A stretch of 64,000 nucleotides of DNA from Bacteroidota bacterium (GCA_033854175.1 JAWOKN010000056.1:3736-67735), one strand, 5' to 3'. Shown: positions 18,542 through 29,090, numbered from the stretch's first letter. Translations and numbers: made by a program. Notes: generated by a model not told the origin, from the letters alone.

Positions 18542-19660
18542 TCAGGATAAGAGTTTTGAAACTTCGCACGCATTGACTTCAAACCTCCGGGCGATCTCCC
18601 CGCGGGTACACATCCCCTTGAACGTACAGACGCCCTTTGCGAGGCCGGCATTTTCCTGGAGCGCGCCGTCGACGCCCTTCAGTGTAATAAGCTGAAGGTA
18701 AGGCAGAAGGGCGTTGGTCAATCCATAGGTAGCGGTACGGGCGACATTGGCCGGCATATTCGGGACGCAGTAATGAATCACGTCATGCCAGACATAGGTC
18801 GGGGATTCAAGCGTCGTGGGCCGGCTCGTGGCGCAGCAGCCCCCCTGATCGATCGAAGCATCGATAATAATCGAGCCCGGTTTCATGGAAGCGACCATAT
18901 CCTCGCTGATGACATGTGGTGCCCGTTCGGCCTTAATGAGAATCGCGCCGATGACCACATCGGCAAACTGGAGCGCCTTCCGCAAGTTATACTCATTGGC
19001 AACATAGGTCACGACGCGGTAATTGAACCTGTTCTCGAGAGCGCGGAGCTTATTAATATCCTTATCCAGGACGATGACCTCGGCACCTGTGCCGAGGGCC
19101 ATACGGGCGGCGGCCTGGCCCACGGTACCGGCCCCGATGATGACGACAGTAGCGGGCGGGATACCGGTAATACCGCCCATGACAATACCGCGGCCGTTAT
19201 TATGGCTCTCGAGGAACCGTGCGGCGATATTCAGCGTCATCTGGCCCGCGATTTCGCCCATAATCTGGGAAATCGGGACATTGCCGGATTCATCCTCGAT
19301 GAGTTCATACCCGAAGGCGCAGATCCTTTTCTGGAGAAGCTGTTCGAAGACCCTGGTCGGTGAAACGGCCAGATGGAGAAAGCAAAAGACCGACTGACCG
19401 TCGACAAGTTTCTGGCAATCGTTTTCCGTCAGGGAAGAAATTTTCAGGAGAAGGTTGGAGCGGCCGAACACCTCGTCGTTTGAATAGACGATATGAGCGC
19501 CCACCGCCTGGTATTTCTCATCTGAAAAGTGTGACGCCTCGCCGGCATTCTTCTGGATAAACACCTGGTGGCCGCCGCTGGCAAGCGTCTGGACGCCTGC
19601 CGGAGTCAGAGCCACTCTCCGCTCACGCCGCGGATCTTCACTCAAAATGCCAATGTTCAT
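18542..19660 (-). CDS. ald: Alanine dehydrogenase
   Basis: N-terminus MNIGILSEDPRRERRVALTP… plus a Rossmann motif GAGTVGQAAARMALGTGAEV. Confidence 0.85.
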   Translation of the reverse strand: MNIGILSEDPRRERRVALTPAGVQTLASGGHQVFIQKNAGEASHFSDEKYQAVGAHIVYSNDEVFGRSNLLLKISSLTENDCQKLVDGQSVFCFLHLAVSPTRVFEQLLQKRICAFGYELIEDESGNVPISQIMGEIAGQMTLNIAARFLESHNNGRGIVMGGITGIPPATVVIIGAGTVGQAAARMALGTGAEVIVLDKDINKLRALENRFNYRVVTYVANEYNLRKALQFADVVIGAILIKAERAPHVISEDMVASMKPGSIIIDASIDQGGCCATSRPTTLESPTYVWHDVIHYCVPNMPANVARTATYGLTNALLPYLQLITLKGVDGALQENAGLAKGVCTFKGMCTRGEIARRFEVNACEVSKLLS

Positions 19661-20060
19661 GATCTTGAACGCCAATAAAATGATGAGTCCCAGTACCAGT
19701 TTGTGGGGCGTCAATTAACATGCCAGTTCTTTGAGGGTTTTAGGCTGGTTACAAATGAAATTTGAGGAAATGCGGGATTCAAGCTTTCAAGAGTGAGAAT
19801 CGCTCCTGACGGGGCTTTCAGCGGTGATAATCAAAAAACGGCATGAATCAGAAAGATCGGATATCACGCCGGAAGGGATGAAAGAAGGGGAAAAATCCGG
19901 ATACTGGACCTTGGGAAAATTTTCCCGGATGGAAACAAAACAGTGTCTTTCATCGTTTAAAAGTAACAAACCGAAGGATGAAATTTTCAACACCGGGTGT
20001 TTGGAAATGCATCAAAAAAAACAGTACATTGAAAAAATTCTGAACCAGGAGATCCACTAC

Positions 20061-20783
20061 ATGCACAGGGCAGACGCACCACGCACCATAGTCACGACAG
20101 CAATTCTCACACTCATCCTCCTCGTAACAGTGCCTGCGGCGGCACAACTGGGGAGTCCATACAGCATCAACATCTTCGCAGGCTTCTCGCTCCCGGTGGG
20201 AGACTATTCATCCACCTCCGCCAGCTCGGCAAATGATTTTCTCAACGCAAGCGGCAACACGCCCGGTTTCGCGCAACTGGGGTTCAACGGGGGGATAGAG
20301 TACACGCTCCGCATCCACTCGCCCTACGAGATAGGGATACTCGGCAGCGTCAGCGTCAACGGAACCGACGAGGGAGCATTGCGGCGGATATCCTCGGATG
20401 TCAGCTCGAACACCAGCGGCGGGACATGGTACCTTTACAGTGCCCTACTGAGCGGCGGTGTAGGGACCGATTTGACGCCCGAATTGGGCATCCACGGGAG
20501 GATCTACGCGGGATTCACGGGAGGAAGCTCGGCGGAATTCAGCTTCTACAATCTCAACGGGAGCGGCGGGTATGTGATCCAGAAATCGACCTGGGCATCC
20601 ACATTCGGATACGGCATAGGGACGGGGATAACATTGAGCAACTCCTGGGACATCAATCTCCGGTATCTGGCCTCGAATCCGGAATACACATCGAACTGGA
20701 CTGACGGGCGGCAGATCACCGACAAAAAATTCACGCAGCCATCCGGCATCCTGACACTCACGCTGGGATTGATTCTGAAATAG
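20061..20783 (+). CDS. Outer-membrane beta-barrel (porin-like) protein
   Basis: Signal peptide after the ATG at 20061 (MHRADAPRTIVTTAILTLILLVTVPAAAQ), followed by Gly/Ser/Thr/Tyr-rich alternating strands. Confidence 0.55.
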   Translation: MHRADAPRTIVTTAILTLILLVTVPAAAQLGSPYSINIFAGFSLPVGDYSSTSASSANDFLNASGNTPGFAQLGFNGGIEYTLRIHSPYEIGILGSVSVNGTDEGALRRISSDVSSNTSGGTWYLYSALLSGGVGTDLTPELGIHGRIYAGFTGGSSAEFSFYNLNGSGGYVIQKSTWASTFGYGIGTGITLSNSWDINLRYLASNPEYTSNWTDGRQITDKKFTQPSGILTLTLGLILK

Positions 20784-20844
20784 AGAGAAGGACACCCACC
20801 GCGTCTGACCTTCCCAAAACGCGGGGAAGGCGCCACACCTCATG

Positions 20845-23826
20845 TCAGGTCTTCCTGGCAGGTTTCAGTATCACGCCGGAATTCTTATGGCCGTTCATCT
20901 TCACCACAAGAGGATCCGGGAACTGCAGGTGCCGTGTAAACTTTTTCTCCTCGACGGCCGGCTGGGCGTGGATCCAATCCCAATCGATAAACCCCTTCCC
21001 GTCGTGCTCATTGACGGTAAAGTAACCGACCATAAAGGCGGTCAGGTTCTGGAAGAAATGCGACCCTTGAGAGGGGGCCACGATAAAATCCTTGAACCCC
21101 GTTTCGACGATCGTCTTCGCGCCGGAGATCTGGTCCCAGGCCACGGGGATGCCGAGCCATGGATCCAGCGTGCCCCATCGGCCCACGCCGATGAGAACAT
21201 ACTGACGGTTCTCCGCGACCAGGTGCGCATTAAACTCCCCCACTTCGCGGGCGACCTCATGGCTCTGCGAGCGGTCGAACCGGCGGATATCCACCACGAC
21301 AAGATCGCGCAAGTCCGCATACGATCCGTTCCCGAGCACCTGCGAGCTATGGCAGATCATCTCCTCCTGGCTGATCTTCTCGAGTGAGAGCTCATCGAAC
21401 TCCCGGCTCACGACGAGCGGGCGGATCTGGAGAATGCCGAACTGTTTCCGCACCTCGGGCGGCAGGGAGAGGTTCACGGCAAACTCCATCTCCACTGCGG
21501 TACCCATGCCGCCGCTCCCCAACGAAAGAAGGAGATCAAGAATTTCCGCAATAGGAAACAATTTATTCTTCAGAACCGGTGCAAACGTCACCAGGCGCAT
21601 CCCGTTACGGGAAATGCCGTCATAGACCGCATCATTCTCCGGCGAATAGGTCGAACCCACCACCGATAGGGTGCCATCGAGCTCCGAAACGCTCAGCGGG
21701 AAGCTCCGGGTGAGGACATCAAACGTCTCGGTCTTGGTATCGAACGAAGCGGACATATCGAGTGCAAAAAACTCGTGTTGGTTATTTGCCAGTGTATCGG
21801 AGATCGAGGAAAGCTGCTGGAGGTGGAGCGGATATTTCGGGCAGAACCTCACCGATGGCCCCCCGTCGACAACCATCTTGCCGAGACCAAGAGCAACCGA
21901 GACGATGCCGTCGGAGGAATTCTGCGGAGGCGAGGGATAAAAATTGTACGACTTTGCGACGCCGGAGATCTCGGGATAAAAACGGTCATGGTGGCGGGCC
22001 CCGATCATCTTCTGGATAATGACGGCCATCTTCTCCTCCTCCAGCCGGTAGGAGGTCGCCCTGATATAGTTCTTCGTCCGCTGGTAGAAGGTCGAGGCAT
22101 AGACGCGCCTGATGGCATCCAGGAGCTCCTCGAGCCTCGCGTGGTCGTTCGGATTGGAGTTCGGGACCATATAGGTCTCATAGACGCCGGCGAACGGCTG
22201 GTACTGGGAATCCTCCAAAAGGCTTGAGGAGCGGACCGCCAGGGGCTCGCGGATCAGGTCGAGGAACGTTTCAAGCTGGTGGCGGATATGCTGGGGGAAA
22301 TAGCCGGCATCGAGGAACTTCTGGGTAATCACCTTATCGTCGGTTTCCGAGAGGGCGATCTCGCGCAAGGAATTTTCGTCGAGAAACTGGTCGAAGACAT
22401 CGGTGCCGAGGACGACGCCTGCGGGGATAAAAATCTCCGTGCCGTCGAACTTCTCCCGCAGGTTGAAATCGTTGATCATCCGGTTAAAGAACCCGAGGCC
22501 GCGGGCCTTCCCGCCTATGGAGCCGCCGCCGATGCGGGCGAAGGAGGCAGCCGGGTCGAACGATTCCCGGTTATAATCGGTGATAAGGCCGCGCTGCTGT
22601 GAAAGCCTGTAGGTATGGAGTGCTGAAATGAGCGCCGACCGGAGTTCGTTCGTGGACGAAAAATCGGACACCTTCCTCGGGCGGAGCTGGTGGGCGAGCC
22701 AGAACTCCGTCCGGGCCTTCAGCCAGTTGGAGAAGTGATTCCGTTCGCCGTGGTAGAGGAGGCTTTCGGCCGGGACGACGAGGAGCTGTTCCTCGAGCGA
22801 CCGGAGGTCGGTGGCCCGGCCGACCTCGGTGCCGTCAGGTTTCCGGAAGACGAAATCGCCGAAGCTGAAATACTGGTTCATGAAATTCTGCACCTGGTGC
22901 AGCAGCAGCGGCGAATCCTTCACAACGAACGACACCCCGAGGTTTTCCGCCTTCCCGGCATTCTTCGCGATCGACGACTGGAGGAGGACCGGCATATCGG
23001 GGGCGATACCTCTTATATCATTTGTAAAATGGATGCCGGCTTCGGCGTCGGGCCTGCCATTGCGGAGGAAATCGACATCGGAGATGACACCGAGGATATG
23101 TTCCCGGTAGCGTTCGAAATACTCCCAGGCCTCCTCATAGCTCGTGCAGAGGAGAATTTTCGGGCGGGCCTTCATCCGGAGGTACCGGTGGGCGATATTG
23201 ACCCCCTCGGAGATAAGCCGCTGGGACTGTTTCAGAATCTCCGAATACATGAACGGAAGAAAGGAGGAATAAAACCGGATGTTGTCCTCGATGAGAAGGA
23301 TCGACTGGACGCCGAAGGTCATCGTGTCGTGTTCGACATTCTTCTTATCCTCGATCTGGTTGACCATGGCGATAATGAGGCGATAATCCCCCTGCCAGAT
23401 GAAGATGCGGTCAAAATCGGACGTATCGTGGCGGGAGATCAGGTCGGCGAGTTCGCGGTTATCGAACGCCAGAAGGACAATGGGTGTCGTAACGCCGCTT
23501 CGCCGGGCCTGCCGGGCGAATTCCAAGGGATGCATATCCTCGATATGCATCGTAGTCACGATCATGTCGAAGCGCCGCTCTTCTGTAACGAGGTCGATGG
23601 CGCCTTTTCCGCTCGAGACGCGCGTGAGTTCGGGTGAATGGGAGAGGTTGAGCCCCTGGTATTCGCTCCGGATCAGTTCATAAAGCCGTCCGTCCTCCTC
23701 GAAGATATACGAATCATAGAGGCTGGAGACGACAAGGATATCGCGGATCCGGAACTTCATGAGATTCTGAAATCCCTGGAAGCGGGTACTATCGGCCACT
23801 TCTAACGGGGGTTCATTATGCGGCAT
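20845..23826 (-). CDS. Response-regulator receiver domains fused to a PEP-utilising (PEP synthase / pyruvate-phosphate-dikinase N-terminal ATP-grasp-like) domain
   Basis: N-terminal 'MKFRIRDILVVSSLYDSYIFEEDG' and a second receiver-like region, then an 'IGGGSIGGKARGLGF' nucleotide-binding motif of PPDK_N/PEP-synthase type. Confidence 0.7.
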   Translation of the reverse strand: MPHNEPPLEVADSTRFQGFQNLMKFRIRDILVVSSLYDSYIFEEDGRLYELIRSEYQGLNLSHSPELTRVSSGKGAIDLVTEERRFDMIVTTMHIEDMHPLEFARQARRSGVTTPIVLLAFDNRELADLISRHDTSDFDRIFIWQGDYRLIIAMVNQIEDKKNVEHDTMTFGVQSILLIEDNIRFYSSFLPFMYSEILKQSQRLISEGVNIAHRYLRMKARPKILLCTSYEEAWEYFERYREHILGVISDVDFLRNGRPDAEAGIHFTNDIRGIAPDMPVLLQSSIAKNAGKAENLGVSFVVKDSPLLLHQVQNFMNQYFSFGDFVFRKPDGTEVGRATDLRSLEEQLLVVPAESLLYHGERNHFSNWLKARTEFWLAHQLRPRKVSDFSSTNELRSALISALHTYRLSQQRGLITDYNRESFDPAASFARIGGGSIGGKARGLGFFNRMINDFNLREKFDGTEIFIPAGVVLGTDVFDQFLDENSLREIALSETDDKVITQKFLDAGYFPQHIRHQLETFLDLIREPLAVRSSSLLEDSQYQPFAGVYETYMVPNSNPNDHARLEELLDAIRRVYASTFYQRTKNYIRATSYRLEEEKMAVIIQKMIGARHHDRFYPEISGVAKSYNFYPSPPQNSSDGIVSVALGLGKMVVDGGPSVRFCPKYPLHLQQLSSISDTLANNQHEFFALDMSASFDTKTETFDVLTRSFPLSVSELDGTLSVVGSTYSPENDAVYDGISRNGMRLVTFAPVLKNKLFPIAEILDLLLSLGSGGMGTAVEMEFAVNLSLPPEVRKQFGILQIRPLVVSREFDELSLEKISQEEMICHSSQVLGNGSYADLRDLVVVDIRRFDRSQSHEVAREVGEFNAHLVAENRQYVLIGVGRWGTLDPWLGIPVAWDQISGAKTIVETGFKDFIVAPSQGSHFFQNLTAFMVGYFTVNEHDGKGFIDWDWIHAQPAVEEKKFTRHLQFPDPLVVKMNGHKNSGVILKPARKT

Positions 23827-23936
23827 TGCAGAAACAGAGCATATTCAGACACGTGTGAATCAGGATTGATTCAATATACACGTTCGGCGGTAATAATTCC
23901 ATTAAGAAGGGGAGTACATAAAGCCGGGGCAGCGAG

Positions 23937-23972
23937 AAAAAAAATCGGAGCAACGTGTGAAACGTCACTCCG
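23937..23972 (-). terminator. Rho-independent terminator downstream of gdhA
   Basis: On the minus strand: hairpin CGGAGTGACGTTTCACACGTTGCTCCG followed by ATTTTTTTT. Confidence 0.45.
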
Positions 23973-24002
23973 ACTTTTAAACAGCTTCAGGGAACAGCGC
24001 GG

Positions 24003-25370
24003 CTAGACCAGGCCCTGATCCATCATAGCATCAGCGACCTTCAGGAAGCCGGCGATATTGGCACCGTTCACATAATTGCCCGGTGTGCCAAAGCGTTCGG
24101 CCGTCTCAAAGGCAGCCTTATGGATACTCTTCATGATGCCATGGAGGCGCTGATCGACCTCTTCGCGCGTCCAGGACAGGCGCATGCTGTTCTGGGACAT
24201 CTCCAGGCCGGATGTGGCAACACCGCCCGCATTGGCGGCCTTGCCCGGACCATAGAGGATCTTGGCATCGATGAACTGCTTCACGCCCTCGATCGTCGTC
24301 GGCATATTCGCGCCTTCGGCGACCACATAAACGCCGTTCTTCAGAAGATTCGCGGCATCCTTGCCGTTGATCTCATTCTGCGTGGCGCTGGGGAACGCGC
24401 AATCAGCCTTATGATTCCAGAGCGGGTTGTAATCGAGCTTCGGATCGACCGGAGTATAGGTGGAGCCTTTAAAGGCGTCGGTATATTCCTTGATCCTGCC
24501 GCGGCGAACATTCTTCAGGTCCATGATGAACTTCAGCTTCTTATCGTCGATACCTGCTTCATCGTAGATATAGCCTGCCGAATCCGACGCCGTGACGGCT
24601 TTTCCGCCGAGCTGGTTGATCTTCTGGATCGTATACTGCGCGACATTGCCGCTTCCGGAGACGAGGCATTTTTTACCCTGGAGGGTCTGCTTGCGCGTGG
24701 TGAGCATTTCCGCCGCGAAGTAGACCGCGCCGTAGCCCGTGGCCTCTGGCCGTATGAGGGAGCCGCCCCAGTTGAGGCCCTTGCCCGTAAGGACGCCGGT
24801 GAACTCGTTGCGGAGGCGTTTATACTGGCCGAACAGAAAACCTATCTCGCGGCCGCCGACGCCGATATCGCCTGCCGGAACATCGGTATCAGGGCCGATA
24901 TGGCGCTGCAGCTCGGTCATAAAGCTCTGGCAGAACCGCATGACCTCGGCATCGCTCTTGCCCTTGGGATCAAAATCGGAACCGCCCTTGCCGCCGCCCA
25001 TGGGAAGGGTGGTCAGGGAGTTTTTGAAAACCTGTTCGAACGCCAGAAACTTCAGGATGCCGAGATTCACCGATGGATGGAACCGCAGGCCGCCCTTATA
25101 CGGGCCGAGGGCGCTATTCATCTCGATACGGAAACCGCGGTTGACCTGGATCTCACCGCGATCATCCGACCAGGGAATGCGGAACATCAGAACGCGTTCC
25201 GGTTCGACGATACGTTCCATAATTTTCGCCGAACGATATTCCGGATACCGGTCGAAGACAAGCGACAACGACTCGACGACCTCCTCGACTGCCTGGAGGA
25301 ATTCCGGCTCGTTGGGATTTTTTGCTTTAACCATTGCCATGAGGTTCGCTGCATAACCTGACATGAACAT
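24003..25370 (-). CDS. gdhA: NADP-specific glutamate dehydrogenase
   Basis: Hexameric GDH motifs (GGGKGGSDFDPKGKSDAEVMRFCQSF…). Confidence 0.9.
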   Translation of the reverse strand: MFMSGYAANLMAMVKAKNPNEPEFLQAVEEVVESLSLVFDRYPEYRSAKIMERIVEPERVLMFRIPWSDDRGEIQVNRGFRIEMNSALGPYKGGLRFHPSVNLGILKFLAFEQVFKNSLTTLPMGGGKGGSDFDPKGKSDAEVMRFCQSFMTELQRHIGPDTDVPAGDIGVGGREIGFLFGQYKRLRNEFTGVLTGKGLNWGGSLIRPEATGYGAVYFAAEMLTTRKQTLQGKKCLVSGSGNVAQYTIQKINQLGGKAVTASDSAGYIYDEAGIDDKKLKFIMDLKNVRRGRIKEYTDAFKGSTYTPVDPKLDYNPLWNHKADCAFPSATQNEINGKDAANLLKNGVYVVAEGANMPTTIEGVKQFIDAKILYGPGKAANAGGVATSGLEMSQNSMRLSWTREEVDQRLHGIMKSIHKAAFETAERFGTPGNYVNGANIAGFLKVADAMMDQGLV

Positions 25371-25764
25371 AAACTTTCTCCTCTGTTGATGGTGAATTAA
25401 CTCTGTAATTTATTGCCGATGACAAACCCCCGACCAGAAAAACCGGAAAGACCTGATGAACTCCGGAACACACTTTCTCAACGGCAAGGTACAACCGATG
25501 ACGCGCAAATTCGATTCAACTTTTATGCCATGGGCCCCTTTGGAGGACTGATTTTAAACTTTACTTCCATGATACGGAATTTCCCCCACTCTCGAAAATG
25601 AGAAATCGGGGAAAGGCTCTTCTTATCTCTGAGAATGAAGATCAGGTGTAAATCCAACTATTGATGTATGTTATGTCAATGCCGGGCGACGGATACCCGC
25701 TACCCACTTCCCGGCGGGAAGACCGCTGAGAAGTCACCGGGAGCGTCAGAAGATCCGCGGTCAT

Positions 25765-25794
25765 TTGACACTGGCATGATTTTAGACGTTTAAT
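25765..25794 (+). promoter_or_regulatory. Sigma-70-like promoter upstream of the first OsmC-like gene
   Basis: TTGACA, an 18-nt spacer, then TTTAAT, about 25 nt upstream of the ATG at 25819. Confidence 0.3.
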
Positions 25795-25818
25795 CCCGGA
25801 AACCGAAAAGGACCAGAC

Positions 25819-26253
25819 ATGGAAACGAAACAGGCAACCATTGTCCAGCTTCAGGGACTCACGCTGGCTGCGCGGGCAACGACAAATCACTGGATCATGA
25901 TGGACGGGGAGGAAAAGTTCGGTGGGAGCGACGCGGCCTCGACGCCCAAGGAACTGCTTTTGATGGCGCTCGGGGGATGCACGGCGATGGACGTCATATC
26001 GCTCATGAAAAAGATGCATGTCCCCTATACGGGATTCGAAATCCACCTGAGCGGCACGGCACGAGACGAACACCCGAAAATCTTCACCGGGATCCAAGTC
26101 GAATACATCGTCCGCGGGGAGAACATCCGGAAAGACGATGTCGGGCGGGCAATAGAGTTATCCATGACAAAATACTGCGCCGTTTCGGCCATGCTCGGTG
26201 CAAGCGTCAAGATCACGCATACATTGCGGATCGAACCCTCCAAGGAGCGGTAA
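25819..26253 (+). CDS. OsmC/Ohr-family peroxiredoxin-like protein
   Basis: OsmC fold pattern (…LLLMALGGCTAMDV…KYCAVSAML…). A paralog sits at 47453. Confidence 0.8.
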   Translation: METKQATIVQLQGLTLAARATTNHWIMMDGEEKFGGSDAASTPKELLLMALGGCTAMDVISLMKKMHVPYTGFEIHLSGTARDEHPKIFTGIQVEYIVRGENIRKDDVGRAIELSMTKYCAVSAMLGASVKITHTLRIEPSKER

Positions 26254-26375
26254 CATCCCTGGTGCAACTCTCCCGGGAAATTAGTATCTTCACCCCCGGA
26301 CTCGGGTGCTCCCCCCCGGGGTGGGGGGGCACAGGTGTACACTCGTGGTATAAATAATACCGGAGTCAAAAGTAC

Positions 26376-27713
26376 ATGAACAACGCACTGACCATTGACC
26401 GTCTGCAGTTCGCCTTCACGGTCTCCTTCCACTATCTCTTCCCGCAGCTGACGATGGGGCTGGCGCTTTTCATCGTGATCCTGAAGTGGCTCGGTTTCAG
26501 GAACAACGACGAAACCTACGACAAGGCGGCAAGGTTCTGGGGGAAGATCTTCGCATTGAATTTCTTCGCCGGTGTCATCACCGGCATACCGATGGAATTC
26601 CAGTTCGGGACCAACTGGGCGCGGTTCTCGAAAATCACCGGCGGCGTGATCGGGCAGACGCTGGCGATGGAGGGGGTATTCTCCTTTTTCCTCGAATCGA
26701 GTTTCCTCGGGCTCTTCCTTTTCGGCGAGAAGAGGCTCGGACCAAGGAAGCACTTCCTCTCGGCGCTTCTCGTCTTCATCGGCTCGTGGTTATCGGGGTA
26801 CATGATCGTGCAGACAGACGCCTGGATGCAGCACCCCGTGGGGTACGAACTCACGGCTGACGGCACCATTCAGCTCACCGACTGGTTTGCCTTGCTCTTC
26901 AACCCGTGGGGATTGTGGCAGTACGCGCACACAATGGCCGGGGCGGTCGTGACTGCCTCGTTCGTGATGATGGCGGTGGGGGCTTATTACCTCTTATCGG
27001 AGAGGGAGAGCGGGCATGCCAGAATCTACCTGCGACACGGCGTCGTGGTGGGGATCGTGGCGTCGGTCATCCTCATTTTTCCGACGGGGGACCAGCAGGG
27101 GAAAAACGTGGCCTACAACCAGCCCGCGACTCTTGCCGCGATGGAATGCGTGTTCAAGTCGAAGGAGGGGGCGGAGCTGATCCTCATCGGGCAGCCCGAC
27201 ATGGAAAAGGAGCGGATGGACAACCCGCTGCACATACCGAAGATGCTCAGCTTCCTCACCTACAACAGGTGGAACGCACGCGTGGTGGGGCTGGACGAGA
27301 TACCGGCGGAGTTACGGCCCGACAACATACCGCTTCTCTATTACACCTATCACATCATGGTGGGGCTGGGGACAATCTTCGTGGCCATACTGGTAACGAG
27401 CATCCTTCTCTTATGGAAGAAAAAACTCTTCACCTCGCGATGGATGCAATGGATACTCCTCTTGAGCTTCCCGTTCCCCTACATTGCCAACACGGCGGGC
27501 TGGATGACGGCTGAACTGGGGCGGCAGCCGTGGCTGGTCTACAATCTCCTCAGGACGGCGGAAGGGACATCGCCGACCGTGGCGGCGGGGAACGCGCTCT
27601 TCACGCTCCTCGGGTTTCTGGGGATGTACCTTGTCGTGGGGGTCGTCTTCATCATGCTGGTCGTCAACATCATCAACGGGGGACCGGAAAAAGTGTCCCG
27701 GGCCGGATACTGA
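26376..27713 (+). CDS. cydA: Cytochrome bd ubiquinol oxidase subunit I
   Basis: N-terminus 'LTIDRLQFAFTVSFHYLFPQLTMGLA' and Q-loop features. Confidence 0.9.
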   Translation: MNNALTIDRLQFAFTVSFHYLFPQLTMGLALFIVILKWLGFRNNDETYDKAARFWGKIFALNFFAGVITGIPMEFQFGTNWARFSKITGGVIGQTLAMEGVFSFFLESSFLGLFLFGEKRLGPRKHFLSALLVFIGSWLSGYMIVQTDAWMQHPVGYELTADGTIQLTDWFALLFNPWGLWQYAHTMAGAVVTASFVMMAVGAYYLLSERESGHARIYLRHGVVVGIVASVILIFPTGDQQGKNVAYNQPATLAAMECVFKSKEGAELILIGQPDMEKERMDNPLHIPKMLSFLTYNRWNARVVGLDEIPAELRPDNIPLLYYTYHIMVGLGTIFVAILVTSILLLWKKKLFTSRWMQWILLLSFPFPYIANTAGWMTAELGRQPWLVYNLLRTAEGTSPTVAAGNALFTLLGFLGMYLVVGVVFIMLVVNIINGGPEKVSRAGY

Positions 27714-27732
27714 TCTTTCAAAGGAACTAGCC

Positions 27733-28767
27733 ATGGAAGCACTCTGGTTCTGGATCATCGCCCTGATGATCGTCGTCTACGTGATCCTGGACGGGTTCGA
27801 TCTCGGGATAGGGGTCATATACTTCCTGATAACCAAAAACGACAGCGAGCGGTCGCTGTTATTGAAGACCATCGCGCACGTATGGGACGGAAACGAAGTC
27901 TGGCTTCTGGCCGGGGGCGGCGTATTATTCCTGGCATTCCCGGCGGTCTATGCGGCATCGTTCAGCGGATTCTACCTCCCCCTGATGATCGTCCTATGGC
28001 TTCTGATGCTGCGCGGCGGAGGAATCGAACTCCGGCATTACGTCCATCATCCGCTCTGGAGAAAATTCTGGGACAGAACATTTTCCGTCTCGAGCCTTCT
28101 TCTGGCGATATTTCTGGGCGCCGCACTGGGTAATGTCGTACGGGGAGTCCCGCTGACACGTGAGGGATACTTCTTCGAGCCGCTCTGGACGACCTTCACG
28201 GTTGTGCCGGAGGCGGGGATACTCGACTGGTTCACGGTCATGATGGGACTGGTGGCGCTGGCGACGCTGACACTGCACGGGGCCGTCTATGTCAGCATGA
28301 AAACGACGGGAGAAATCCAGGCACGGGCGCGGACAATCGGACAGTGGGTCTGGTGGATTGCGTTATTCATGTCCGTCGACATGTTCATCGCGACCTGGAC
28401 CATTCACCCGGATCTCTGGGCGAACTACGCCGAGCATGCGGGGGGATTCATCCTCCCGGTGGGCGGGGTGGCGGGGATACTCGCGACCTATATCGCCATC
28501 GTGCGGAAAAAGGACACGGCTGCATTTTGTTTCTCGACGCTCTACATCATTTCCATGCTGGCGGCGACGGCATTTGCGGTCTATCCGAACCTGTTATTGG
28601 CATCCACGCAGAAGGAATACTCGCTCACGATCTACAACTCGGCCGCCCGGAGTTACGGACTGGGGGCAGCGCTCTACTGGTGGATACCGGGAATTCTGCT
28701 CGCCGCGCTCTACTTCACATATCTTTTCAGGACATTCCGGGGGAAGGTACAACCCTCGGAGGAATAA
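27733..28767 (+). CDS. cydB: Cytochrome bd ubiquinol oxidase subunit II
   Basis: An AAGGAA ribosome-binding site precedes the ATG at 27733 (MEALWFWIIALMIVVYVILDGFDLGIG…). Confidence 0.9.
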   Translation: MEALWFWIIALMIVVYVILDGFDLGIGVIYFLITKNDSERSLLLKTIAHVWDGNEVWLLAGGGVLFLAFPAVYAASFSGFYLPLMIVLWLLMLRGGGIELRHYVHHPLWRKFWDRTFSVSSLLLAIFLGAALGNVVRGVPLTREGYFFEPLWTTFTVVPEAGILDWFTVMMGLVALATLTLHGAVYVSMKTTGEIQARARTIGQWVWWIALFMSVDMFIATWTIHPDLWANYAEHAGGFILPVGGVAGILATYIAIVRKKDTAAFCFSTLYIISMLAATAFAVYPNLLLASTQKEYSLTIYNSAARSYGLGAALYWWIPGILLAALYFTYLFRTFRGKVQPSEE

Positions 28768-29090
28768 TCCCGGGAGAACAGGCATCAACATCCGGTGGCC
28801 GGCATGCCGGTGGGTGGTGCTTCTTACAAATGAGATTAAAAAATTCCCCTCTTTTCAGGCGTGATAGCTTCCCCGTGTAAATCAAAAAAAAGCGGGACAA
28901 TTTCCATGAATCAGACGACTGAAGGGTGGAATAGTTCTTGCAGATATCGTGGAATTGCGACACTGGCATCCGAGTGGGAACTTCAAAGAAGAAGCACCAT
29001 TCCCGCTCATCGTGGTTACGGATTGAAAACGAACAGATCCGCAGAAGCATAACAGACAGGCACCAAGATACAACAGTGAAGGAACATCGT

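Noticed and set aside
22690-23637. 315-aa plus-strand ORF inside the receiver-PEP-synthase gene
   Set aside because: Antisense shadow. No family signal.
24120-25361. 413-aa plus-strand ORF antisense to gdhA
   Set aside because: Shadow ORF. gdhA on the minus strand is unambiguous.
25771-25788. 'TGGCATgattttAGAC' as a sigma-54 promoter for osmC
   Set aside because: The -12 element is missing. The same bases fit a sigma-70 -35/-10 pair better.
26290-26335. GC-rich stretch 'gggtgctcccccccggggtgggggggcac' between osmC and cydA, considered as a terminator
   Set aside because: The stem is imperfect and no T-run follows. It is more likely a low-complexity spacer or promoter region.
26025-26753. 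242-aa minus-strand ORF overlapping the cydA start
   Set aside because: Antisense to cydA/OsmC. The composition is Pro/Glu/Arg-rich.
28861-29052. 63-aa ORF downstream of cydB, considered as a CydX-like small subunit
   Set aside because: It is not hydrophobic and has no transmembrane helix, so it is unlikely to be a bd-oxidase accessory subunit.
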